A DNA stretch of 64,000 bases from Deferribacterales bacterium (GCA_050251945.1 JBFWLW010000012.1:1-64000); one strand, 5' to 3'. Shown: positions 1 to 8,449, numbered from the stretch's first letter. Numbers and translations: made by a program. The notes: a model not told the origin generated them from the sequence alone.

Positions 1-989
1 TCATTGTGAAATAATTTAGGTGTATCTTCTTCATGCATGTCTTCAAGCATTAATAATGCTACAGATTGATCAAATGCTTTTTGTACTGATAAACCAAACC
101 CTATTGATGAGTAAAATTGTGCTGCGAATTTAATGGCTGCAGTATCTTCTATTGAAGAACTCATTCCTATGGCAACTTCAATGTCTTGTGTAACTGCTTC
201 TGCTTGTACTTCAGAGAAGCAAGCATTAAAAAATATGAGTCTAACTTCATCAGAAGCTGTTTTAATTGTTTTAACTATTGCTTCTTTTGGTACAAAAAGA
301 CTATTTCCATCAGTTTTTTGAAGGACAAGGCATCCATCTGAAGAACCATGACCACTAAAATGAATTATTGTAGGATTAACTTCATTTATAGCTTGTAGTA
401 TATCCGATGAACGAACAGCCCATTTTGATATAAATTTTATAGAATCTCTATGTTTTGACCTTTTTATAAAATCTTCAATTTCTCGTGCTTCTTGATCAAG
501 CCTGAGCTTTTCAGAATCTATAGGATTAGAAGCTAAAAATAATACATTTATTTGTTCTGGTAGTTTTTTTAGGTCTTGTATTTCTGTGCGGATTTGTTGT
601 TGTTGTATGTCGTAGTTATTAAATTTAGTGTTAAATTCAAAGTTCCTTCTTTTTATAGCATCGCTGTTTTTCTTTTGTTCTTTAATTTCTTCCTTTTGCA
701 GTTTTTGTTGATAATTTAGTAATTCTGTATTTTTTTTTGCAATATCACTTTCGATCTGTGCGATTTTTTTTCCTATGTTTGCCGAATCATTTTGGATTGA
801 TGCTATTTGACTTTGTTTTGATTTTATTGTTGCGTTAGATGTTGTTGAACGTATAGCTCTATTTGCATCATTAATTTTTTTTGTATTTGCAGCAAGTTTA
901 TTTATTTCTTTTGCTCTGTCTTCATTCAATTTAGATATTTCTTTTTGTTTTCTTTCGACGTCTCTTCTGTATGTATCAATTAAAGACAT
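1..989 (-). CDS. Coiled-coil + CHAT (caspase-like cysteine protease) domain protein, 3' end beyond window
   Basis: Not in ORF track (no stop in window). Manual translation from ATG 989 (GGAG 6 nt upstream): charged helical N-terminus MSLIDTYRRDVERKQKEI, then VLFLASNP..LRLDQEAREI..IIHFSGHG..IFFNACFS with the CHAT His/Cys dyad motifs. Confidence 0.85.
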   Translation of the reverse strand, partial: MSLIDTYRRDVERKQKEISKLNEDRAKEINKLAANTKKINDANRAIRSTTSNATIKSKQSQIASIQNDSANIGKKIAQIESDIAKKNTELLNYQQKLQKEEIKEQKKNSDAIKRRNFEFNTKFNNYDIQQQQIRTEIQDLKKLPEQINVLFLASNPIDSEKLRLDQEAREIEDFIKRSKHRDSIKFISKWAVRSSDILQAINEVNPTIIHFSGHGSSDGCLVLQKTDGNSLFVPKEAIVKTIKTASDEVRLIFFNACFSEVQAEAVTQDIEVAIGMSSSIEDTAAIKFAAQFYSSIGFGLSVQKAFDQSVALLMLEDMHEEDTPKLFHN

Positions 990-1064
990 ATTCATCTCCG
1001 TGAGTGGCTTATTGAATAGTAGTATTCGTTTTGAAATAATATAATCTTGATTCTTTGTTGTCAA

Positions 1065-1134
1065 TAGTTACCTTACGGTAATTAATTTATTGATTTTTAA
1101 AAATTGTGATGTTATAGTTACTGTAAGGTAACTA
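1065..1134 (+). promoter_or_regulatory. hipBA-like promoter with two palindromic operators
   Basis: TTGATT (1090-1095), 17 bp, TGnTATAGT (-10 at 1113-1118). Operators TAGTTACCTTACGGTAATTA (1065-1084) and TAGTTACTGTAAGGTAACTA (1115-1134) are inverted copies with 2 mismatches. Confidence 0.7.
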
Positions 1135-1136
1135 AT

Positions 1137-1349
1137 ATGAAGAGAATATCAGATATTGTGGAAATAGGGCAACTGCTCAGGCAGAAGAGGGAAGAACAGG
1201 GGCTAAATCAGAAAGAATTTGCTGAGGCTGCTGGTGTGGGAAACCGCATAGTTTCCGAAGTTGAGCGTGGTAAGCCGACTGCGCAGATTGATAAAGTACT
1301 GAAATTGCTTAAATATGCAGGGCTTACAGTATATATTGGTGATGAATAA
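1137..1349 (+). CDS. hipB: HipB-like XRE HTH antitoxin
   Basis: IGQLLRQKREEQGLNQKEFAEAAGVGNRIVSEVERGK HTH_3; stop overlaps the hipA start. Confidence 0.85.
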   Translation: MKRISDIVEIGQLLRQKREEQGLNQKEFAEAAGVGNRIVSEVERGKPTAQIDKVLKLLKYAGLTVYIGDE

Positions 1350-2572
1350 TGGAATCCGTTAATGTATTCATCGAAGTTAAAGGGGAGTATATTAAAGCCG
1401 GAAACCTTATAAGCACTGGCGTTGATATGCTATTTGAGTATGACGAAAAATATAGCCTTAATGGTCTGTCGCTTATCCTGCCTGTAGAAGAAAGACTGTT
1501 TGAAGGCACTGAGGCTCGCATATTCTTTGAAAACCTCCTTCCTGAGGGTGAGCAGAGACAAATCATATCGAGAGCTACGAAAATATCATCTGAAAATGTA
1601 TTTGGCTTGCTCAAACGCTTTGGCGGTGAATGTGCCGGAGCTGTTGTGATAACTCAGGAAGATGACCTTAGCGGTACTGATAATAAATATAAGCTTCTTA
1701 AAAAGGATGACATTCTTTCTCTGATTGAAAAATTGGATCAAACAACACCAGCTGAAGATAATGATATGTACCGCCTGTCACTTGCCGGCGCACAGGCAAA
1801 GACATCTGTCAAAATAGAAAATGATAAAATTTACCTCCCGTACGGTAACTCGCCAAGTACTCATATTATAAAACCATTCAATAGATTATTTAGTGGTCTG
1901 CCTGCTAATGAACTGTTTTGTAATCAGCTCGCAAAAGAATGTGGCTTACCAGTCTGTAATACAGAAATTAGGAAAGTAGGCAAGCAGTCAGCACTGTTTA
2001 TTGAAAGATATGACAGGTATATAAATGGCGACAAAATATGCCGTTTGCATCAAGAAGACTTTTGTCAGGCGTTGGGTTATTCATATGCTGTAAAATACGA
2101 ATTAGAGGGAGGTCCCAGCTTCTCAGATTGCGTAGACTTGGTCGTTAAGCAATCTGCTCAGCCTGCCGCAGACAAAATGTTGCTGGTTCGTTGGTTTATA
2201 TTCAATTACCTTATTGGCAACGCAGATGCACATGCTAAAAATATATCTCTTATCTATCCGGAGAATATGAAAGGGCGACCTGTGCTGACGCCATTTTATG
2301 ATTTAGTCTGCACCTCAATATACAGAGGTATTTCCAGTAAAATGGCGATGTCAGTGAGAGGAGAATTTGAACCATCTAAAGTTTTTTCACAACATTGGTC
2401 AGAATTTTGCGATGTCTTAGATATTAAATATAAGGTGTTTCATAGGTATTCTAATGAAATTATTTCTGCAATTTTGCGGTCAGAGATTTATGTTACCCCT
2501 GCAAATGAATTAATTGGTAATATCTGTGATGTAATAAAAGATAGAATTGAACGTTTACAAGAAAATAATTAG
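1349..2572 (+). CDS. hipA: HipA-family Ser/Thr kinase toxin
   Basis: FFENLLPEG, SLAGAQAK P-loop, IERYDR, HQEDFCQ, GNADAHAKN, PFYDL motifs. Confidence 0.92.
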   Translation: MESVNVFIEVKGEYIKAGNLISTGVDMLFEYDEKYSLNGLSLILPVEERLFEGTEARIFFENLLPEGEQRQIISRATKISSENVFGLLKRFGGECAGAVVITQEDDLSGTDNKYKLLKKDDILSLIEKLDQTTPAEDNDMYRLSLAGAQAKTSVKIENDKIYLPYGNSPSTHIIKPFNRLFSGLPANELFCNQLAKECGLPVCNTEIRKVGKQSALFIERYDRYINGDKICRLHQEDFCQALGYSYAVKYELEGGPSFSDCVDLVVKQSAQPAADKMLLVRWFIFNYLIGNADAHAKNISLIYPENMKGRPVLTPFYDLVCTSIYRGISSKMAMSVRGEFEPSKVFSQHWSEFCDVLDIKYKVFHRYSNEIISAILRSEIYVTPANELIGNICDVIKDRIERLQENN

Positions 2573-2825
2573 TTTATTATTTTGACATCCTTCCCGTGTT
2601 TAGAGATCCTTGAACAGTTGTAACGTTACGACCCTATTCAAACTTTCGTTTTACAAGTTCATTGTGCAGCGCTTCTAAGTTTTTAATGCCTTCGGTGGGG
2701 GACTCGCTTTTTGTCTGCCTGCGTCGTGCAGTCAGCCCAAAAAACCAGTCTGCTCACTTCCGCCGACATCCTGTCGGCTCATCCTCCCTACTCGGTCGGC
2801 GTTCGCATCCGTTCGAGTCCCCCAA

Positions 2826-2867
2826 ATACAAAAAGACCCATGTCATAAGACATGGGTCTTTTTGTAT
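2826..2867. terminator. Intrinsic terminator-like hairpin just beyond the displaced tRNA 3' end
   Basis: ATACAAAAAGACCCATGTC-ATAA-GACATGGGTCTTTTTGTAT perfect inverted repeat with A/T tails. Confidence 0.75.
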
Positions 2868-2922
2868 GCCGAGGGGGGGACTCGAACCCCCACAGGATTA
2901 ACTCCCACAGGTACCTGAAACC
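2866..2922. repeat. Left att site (57-bp duplicate of tRNA-Leu 3' portion)
   Basis: ATGCCGAGGGGGGGACTCGAACCCCCACAGGATTAACTCCCACAGGTACCTGAAACC identical to 43538-43594. Confidence 0.95.
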
Positions 2923-2943
2923 GTCGCGGCTATATTCTCCCGT

Positions 2944-3068
2944 TTTATCTCTGTTTATCACTGTTTATAAAATAGCATATTTGCAATGCTTTAACTTAAC
3001 CGTCTTGACAATGCCGTTTATCTCTGTTTATCTCTGTTTATCTTTTGATAAGTGTAAATCAAGTGTAA
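2944..3068. repeat. att-arm repeats (10-bp tandem units and AAGTGTAA pair)
   Basis: Two arrays of about three GTTTATCTCT-like units (2944-2969, 3016-3043); AAGTGTAA at 3050 and 3061. Confidence 0.65.
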
Positions 3069-3078
3069 GAGGCAGGAA

Positions 3079-4290
3079 ATGAAGTTGTATAGTACATCGT
3101 CGACTGGTGTCTATTATTACGAATCATCATCAAAGCGGTATCGCGGAAAACCGGACAGATGCTTCTATATCAAGTATTACAACAAAAATAATCAGCAAAA
3201 GCAAGAAAAGGTTGGATGGGCTTCAGAAGGCTGTTCCGTCGCCTTTGCCGCTCAGATCAGGAATGAACGCTTATCCGTATCAAGAGGTCACGCTGACGGA
3301 ACGCACGACATGTCCGTTTCTGCGGCGGTTGAAAAATATAAAGAATACACAAAGACACACAACAAAAGTTGGGAAGAGGACTGGCAACGTGTAGCATCTT
3401 TTGATCAGATGTTCGGCACGATGTATCTCTCGGAAATAAGACCGAACCATATTGATAGTTATCTTAATACACTGCGACAAAAGAAAATCAAAAAGAAGGA
3501 CAAGGGCACGGGGAACGTGTCTGAAGTCTTTATCACTGAATGTACAGTTAAACACTATCTTACTATTGTCAAAAGGATGTTTAGCTATCTAACAGAGTTG
3601 GAAATGTACGATAGAGTGAACCCGGCGAAAGCGGTCAAAATTAAGAAATACGATAACACTATCGTTGAATGGCTTATACCTGAAGAACTGGAGCGGTTTA
3701 TTAAAGTATGCAGTTCCGGAAAATACAAAATGCACGGCGGGGAGTTGATGTTATTCGCTCTCTATACCGGCCTTCGCCGTAGCTCAGTGTTTCGCATGAA
3801 ATGGTGTGACGTTGATTTAGTAAAACAGACGTATACGCTTAAAAACCAGAAAAACGGCAAAATTACAACAATTTATATGTCAACCAAAGCTGTTGAAATA
3901 CTACAAAGACTGACACGTCCGTATCAGTATGACGCACTCATTTTCCCCGGACTAAACGGTAGGGAACGAGTGAACATTGATACATTGTGGGCGCGTGTTA
4001 AGAAAGACGCAGGAATACGTCAGCATTTCCGGTTCCACGACCTCCGGCATAATTTCGCAACAATGCTGAGAGAGGAGGGGGTCGATTTGGACGTGGTAAG
4101 CAAGATGCTTTCGCACAGCTCTGTCACAGTCACACAGCGGTATGCGCACATCAAAGACCGTCGATTACAGTCGGCGGCTCAATCTGTAGACGCAATGTTC
4201 TCTCGCTGGGGTTCTGAAGACGTTGGCTCTCGTGCAGATACGCAGAAGGCGGCGGACACCACCTTCGACAACGACGGCGAAGGTGATTAA
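3079..4290 (+). CDS. int: Tyrosine integrase
   Basis: ALYTGLRR, FHDLRHNFAT, LSHSSVTVTQRYAH catalytic motifs; directly beside the att repeat. Confidence 0.95.
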   Translation: MKLYSTSSTGVYYYESSSKRYRGKPDRCFYIKYYNKNNQQKQEKVGWASEGCSVAFAAQIRNERLSVSRGHADGTHDMSVSAAVEKYKEYTKTHNKSWEEDWQRVASFDQMFGTMYLSEIRPNHIDSYLNTLRQKKIKKKDKGTGNVSEVFITECTVKHYLTIVKRMFSYLTELEMYDRVNPAKAVKIKKYDNTIVEWLIPEELERFIKVCSSGKYKMHGGELMLFALYTGLRRSSVFRMKWCDVDLVKQTYTLKNQKNGKITTIYMSTKAVEILQRLTRPYQYDALIFPGLNGRERVNIDTLWARVKKDAGIRQHFRFHDLRHNFATMLREEGVDLDVVSKMLSHSSVTVTQRYAHIKDRRLQSAAQSVDAMFSRWGSEDVGSRADTQKAADTTFDNDGEGD

Positions 4291-4562
4291 GATATGACAC
4301 CGTTAGAGCCCAGCAGAGCCACATAATCAATTCTTGATATGTGCCGCTATCATCACATTAATACGTCGGTCTAGTCCGGAGTCGTGGACACGCATGACGT
4401 CAGTTCCGACTTCGGCGGCACTCCGCTTTCTCTTCCGGCTCTGCCGCACCACACCGCACCCGCGCTTTTTCTGTCGAAGTTAGATGTCCGCGCATAATAA
4501 AATAAGGCAATCGTAAACAAACGACCTAGAAACTCCCTCACACACAGCGAAATTACGGTCGC

Positions 4563-4610
4563 GGGTCCTCTGGAGGGGGGTATCCCCTCTTGCGAGTCGC
4601 TAGCTCGCGA
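4563..4610 (+). other. Candidate lambda-like cos site (cosQ + cosN-like dyad)
   Basis: GGGTCCT at 4563-4569, then TTGCGAGTCGCTAGCTCGCGA with GCGAG/CTCGC dyad at near lambda-like spacing. Confidence 0.5.
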
Positions 4611-4779
4611 AAGGTGACGGATTTTTTCACAGATTTTCACTTGCACAGCATAAAAATCAGGTTTATCAGTCAATTAGGCTTTAGATGCCGCTTGCCTTTA
4701 GGCGCACAATCCGCGTGCGTGGGGGTGCATGATGCTTGTTTCCACTGCCTGATTTTTGGCATTTTGCGCGACATTCCAC

Positions 4780-5480
4780 TTCAAACTGAAAAGAGGCAAA
4801 AAAACCACCTGTTTCAACCTCAATTCTTATCGAAGTCGCACGCTTTTGCTGATCAAGGTTTTAGCTAACATACTGATATTTTTCATATGAAACTCAATGC
4901 TAACTTTTCAGCACTGAAAAGAGTTCCGTAAATAGTAGTATTATTTTCAATGGTTTAAGCTTTCTATTCCATACAGAACTCAGGCACAATATTATTTCTC
5001 TACCGCACTGCACACAGAAAAAGAAAATCGTTGAGTTCGGTTTTTTAAAATTAAAAAAATGGTGATATTCGTCTTTTTTTAGCTCGTAACATATTGATAT
5101 AAAAGTGTTTGATGGTTAAATATTAGTATGTAAACTTGCTTATAATAAGTGCTGTGTTGAGTTCTGATACAAATTTTAATGTATATTATAAACTATTTGC
5201 GTATAGCGTTATTCTTTTTGAAAAGTGCTATATAAGTTTTTCAGTTACATTTTATTAATATTAAATATTAATTATATCAATATTATAGATATTATAATTT
5301 AATCAATAGTTATTTTATTCAGTTTTTCATTGTTGTTTTTTAGTATAAAAATGCATTTTAATATTTATTTTTGAAAAGAAAAGTTTCAAAACTTATAGTT
5401 AAGTATATGATGCTTTAAAAAAATAAATGGCATAATAATAATAAGGCTAACTATTAATGTAGTAAAAATTTAAGCAAGAG
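4780..5480. other. AT-rich non-coding tract with short repeats (candidate replication origin)
   Basis: AACTCA/TGAGTT at 4891, 4977, 5032, 5158; ACTGAAAAGAG at 4785 and 4913; TTTTCAG at 4905 and 5238; very AT-rich 5240-5470. Confidence 0.4.
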
Positions 5481-5483
5481 GTC

Positions 5484-5822
5484 ATGGGGATCTGGGAGAG
5501 TCGTGTGCAGCGAAATGATCAGAAAAACAATGGACAGCAGAATTTCACGTTCCGCGACATCAAAGACAGCCGAGTAGTAATAATGATTGATAAGCACTCT
5601 GTTGCTTTAAGCGATGTAAATGATTATGAGAAAAAGGGATTCAAAGGGGTTTTGTTGGTGTTTGTAGATAATAAGCTCGCAGAGCTTCAACGCTCTGAAG
5701 AATGGTTGCGTGCTATTGTTGTTAAAGAGCTTGAAATGCGTTATGATACGTTACAGAGTGTTGATATAACGGAGTTGTTTGAAATATGCAAGCTTTTAGA
5801 CGAGTTTCATTTACAAGAGTAA
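5484..5822 (+). CDS. Hypothetical prophage cargo protein
   Basis: GAGG SD before ATG; 112 aa; no recognised motif. Confidence 0.55.
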   Translation: MGIWESRVQRNDQKNNGQQNFTFRDIKDSRVVIMIDKHSVALSDVNDYEKKGFKGVLLVFVDNKLAELQRSEEWLRAIVVKELEMRYDTLQSVDITELFEICKLLDEFHLQE

Positions 5823-6172
5823 CTATTATACTATTGATATGTACATGTATATCGGGATGTGCTGGCAAGTATACAGGCCCTAAAAACGAACACTACTATC
5901 AGTCGATCTGGTGTGATCAACAGCGTGGGAAAATGGAATATGTTCTGGATGATAGCACCCGCGTTGATTGCCTGACGAGTGAATACGCTGTAGAGGTGGA
6001 CTGGGCGCATAAGTGGGCGGAAGGCGTGGGACAGGCGCAATATTATGCACGTGAAACCCGCCGAAAACCCGGTCTGTTGCTGATAGTTGAGAAGGGAGAG
6101 GAGCGGTTCGTTAATCGTGCGAAACGCTCCGGTGAATACTCGAATTTGAAGGTCTGGACAATTAAGAAGTGA
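5786..6172 (+). CDS. Putative lipoprotein with PD-(D/E)XK-like nuclease fold
   Basis: Basic/hydrophobic signal and lipobox ISGC; TRVDCLTSEYAVEVD..KWAEGVGQAQYY pattern. Confidence 0.6.
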   Translation: MQAFRRVSFTRVTIILLICTCISGCAGKYTGPKNEHYYQSIWCDQQRGKMEYVLDDSTRVDCLTSEYAVEVDWAHKWAEGVGQAQYYARETRRKPGLLLIVEKGEERFVNRAKRSGEYSNLKVWTIKK

Positions 6173-6778
6173 TTATTGTTTTATAGCTCCGACATTGATG
6201 CCTATCGTTGATATCGTCCCAACGCTTGAAATCAACAATTCTTGTGATGTAGCTTGGTCATTTTGCATCTCAGCAACAATACTTGGTTTCTTTGTATCTG
6301 CATATTCAATGAGTTTGCTAGAGATCCCAGCTTTCAAGAGGAAAGCATATGATAAATCATCGTGTGCTTTTTTGATAGCCTTGTTGTTATCTTCACTGAT
6401 TAGTTCAGGTATTTTTAATCTTGAAAGTTCGCCATTTAATTCAACAAACGCCCGCTCAGCATTCTGAGAAAGCCTAACGGCTTCTATCATGTTGCCATCC
6501 GCAATTTGTTTCATTATGGGTTCGTATATGGAATCTATCTCAGTAGTGATTGCAACCATCTTATTATAATAAGCAGTGAAATTTGCTTGCTCCTCTTCTT
6601 TAGTCGGTGCGCCAAAGAAAATGCTTCCGATACCGACAGCTATTGCTATGATAACTATGAAGAAAATTGCAACAGATTTGTTAGAAACGGTTGGATATTC
6701 AGTGTCGCAATGCGGGCATTTTTTAATATTATTTTCAACTTCCTGCCCACATTTTTTGCATTTTTTTAAATCAGGCAT
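6173..6778 (-). CDS. Zinc-ribbon, single-TM membrane protein (immunity-region moron)
   Basis: CKKC..CPHC, hydrophobic span VAIFFIVIIAIAVGIGSIFF; follows the repressor on the same strand. Confidence 0.75.
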   Translation of the reverse strand: MPDLKKCKKCGQEVENNIKKCPHCDTEYPTVSNKSVAIFFIVIIAIAVGIGSIFFGAPTKEEEQANFTAYYNKMVAITTEIDSIYEPIMKQIADGNMIEAVRLSQNAERAFVELNGELSRLKIPELISEDNNKAIKKAHDDLSYAFLLKAGISSKLIEYADTKKPSIVAEMQNDQATSQELLISSVGTISTIGINVGAIKQ

Positions 6779-6840
6779 AATTAGAAACCTCCAATGTTAA
6801 TAATACGTTAATAGTAGCACTGGATTGAAAAGTTTTGCAA

Positions 6841-7236
6841 CTATATTTGACTGTCGGATTTCATTTTAATGAGGCGTTCGCGTAGGTTTTTACGAAACTC
6901 CGGTGATGCGTAGCGTGTAAGCAGTTCGAATATTTCAGCAATTTCATGATCTTGATGTGCGGTGCTGACGCTTCCGCTGTTGTTGAGGATGTTATTATTT
7001 CCGGTTGCTACTTGTACGTTTGATGTGTTTTTCATCTCTCCGGTGCCGTTTTCAAGCCATTCTTTCCGTATTTCAAAAGTTTCAGCTATTCTTTTTATTG
7101 TTTTTGAAGGCGGCGTTACACTGCCGCGTTCCCATGATTGTATCGTGCTGTAAGATTTTCCGAGTTTATCCCCAAAATCTTGTTGAGTTAAACCACTGTT
7201 ATTTCTGACTAATTTTAATCTGTCTTTAAAATCCAT
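6841..7236 (-). CDS. CI-like XRE repressor without peptidase domain
   Basis: MDFKDRLKLVRNNSGLTQQDFGDKLG..IQSWERG..WLENGTGEM; divergent from the lytic operon. Confidence 0.85.
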   Translation of the reverse strand: MDFKDRLKLVRNNSGLTQQDFGDKLGKSYSTIQSWERGSVTPPSKTIKRIAETFEIRKEWLENGTGEMKNTSNVQVATGNNNILNNSGSVSTAHQDHEIAEIFELLTRYASPEFRKNLRERLIKMKSDSQI

Positions 7237-7253
7237 GCTTAACCACCAAAATA

Positions 7254-7297
7254 AGCGCAATATCACGCTTGACAACGCTTAAAATTAAGCGTAATTT
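7254..7297 (+). promoter_or_regulatory. Early lytic promoter overlapped by an operator
   Basis: TTGACA (7269-7274), 17 bp, TAATTT (7292-7297); palindrome ACGCTTAA-AA-TTAAGCGT at 7275-7292; further AAGCG/CGCTT half-sites upstream. Confidence 0.65.
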
Positions 7298-7439
7298 CAA
7301 GTATAAGTTTTGCAACTTTTAAAACTGTAACACAGAAACAGCGGGTGCGGCAATCATAAAGTATCACATACGAGCGGCACGGCACAGGGGGATTACCCAC
7401 CCGCAACCCCCGCGAGGCGGGGAAACAGAGGGGTATGAT

Positions 7440-8219
7440 ATGGGCGAAGTAGTAGAGATAATGAAATTTGAGGGTGCGGAGATGATGGCGCACCCGTCAC
7501 CTGAACACGGCAAAGTTCTCAGCACTGCGGACGTAGCAAAGGGCTACGGATGCAAAGAGGGAGCTATCAGAAGCCACCTGTCACGTCATGCTGACGAAAT
7601 CATCGACGGCAAGCATTTTATTACTGTTGCAAATTGCGACAGTAATCCGAAGGCAGGAATCCCACATCAGAAAACCTACTGGACACCGCGCGGCATCATG
7701 CGCCTCGGTATGTTCATCAAGAGCGACCGCGCAAAGCGTTTCCGCGATTGGGCAGAAGACGTGCTTTTGTCCGAAGTCCGGACAGCAAGGCTAGCGAATC
7801 CTGAAAAACGGCTGGACAATATTTCGGTATGCATCGCTCGGCTTTCGAGAGCATCGAAAGACCTTGAGTTGAGCAAGTCTGAGAAAATCGCGATGATAGA
7901 TGCGCTCACTACGCGTGAGCTGGGGTACTCAGTGTTTCCTGCGGTCGAGCCGCTGCCGGATCGTCCGGCAAAAACTTTTATGTCTGCAATCTGCGGACAT
8001 GACCTTATGTTTTTTGATTACCTCAACGATGACGAACGCGTGATGGTAAAACATGCGTTTGCTGTCGGGAGGATCGCTCAAAACTTTTTGATATCAATCT
8101 ATAGAGAATACACGAAAAACTATGGACAGAGCTCAAAAGCGGCAATGGTCGAACTGCGCGAAAACGCAAAAATCGGCGAGGCTGTGAGCAGTAACGGAGC
8201 GAGGTACATACAGATATGA
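7440..8219 (+). CDS. Phage antirepressor (ORF6N/Bro-like N-terminus)
   Basis: LSTADVAKGYG..IIDGKHFI..YWTPRGIMRLGMFIKSDRAKRFRDWAEDV. Confidence 0.75.
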   Translation: MGEVVEIMKFEGAEMMAHPSPEHGKVLSTADVAKGYGCKEGAIRSHLSRHADEIIDGKHFITVANCDSNPKAGIPHQKTYWTPRGIMRLGMFIKSDRAKRFRDWAEDVLLSEVRTARLANPEKRLDNISVCIARLSRASKDLELSKSEKIAMIDALTTRELGYSVFPAVEPLPDRPAKTFMSAICGHDLMFFDYLNDDERVMVKHAFAVGRIAQNFLISIYREYTKNYGQSSKAAMVELRENAKIGEAVSSNGARYIQI

Positions 8220-8449
8220 TGAAACCGAACAGAGCGGTCAAAAATTTGCGTCGGCGGGTGGAGATGTTGTCCGCCCGTACCGTGCTGTTAGAACAATACA
8301 CGTCGTTGGGTCTGACGCAAACCGACATCGTGAACGCACTTGGTGAAAATAAGTCGGCTGTCAGCAATTATTTTGCTGGGCGGCTTGATTCCGAGGACAT
8401 GGATAATTGTGTTAAGCGGCTGATCAGCAGTCGGGGAGTCGCGGTATGA
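8216..8449 (+). CDS. Cro-like HTH protein
   Basis: GLTQTDIVNALGENKSAVSNYFAG; ATGA overlap with the upstream gene. Confidence 0.7.
   Translation: MMKPNRAVKNLRRRVEMLSARTVLLEQYTSLGLTQTDIVNALGENKSAVSNYFAGRLDSEDMDNCVKRLISSRGVAV

Noticed and set aside
2866..2922. Second tRNA-Leu gene
   Set aside because: Only the 3' part is present; the D-arm and 5' acceptor strand are missing.
2944..3043. Tandem repeats as a CRISPR array
   Set aside because: 10-bp units without spacers and no cas genes; better explained as att-arm sites.
2662..3082. ORFs 2662-2901 and 2852-3082
   Set aside because: They run across the repeat, terminator and att sequences and have no protein-like features.
4371..4868. ORFs overlapping the cos-like region
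   Set aside because: No SD or recognisable motifs; likely chance frames in cis-acting DNA.
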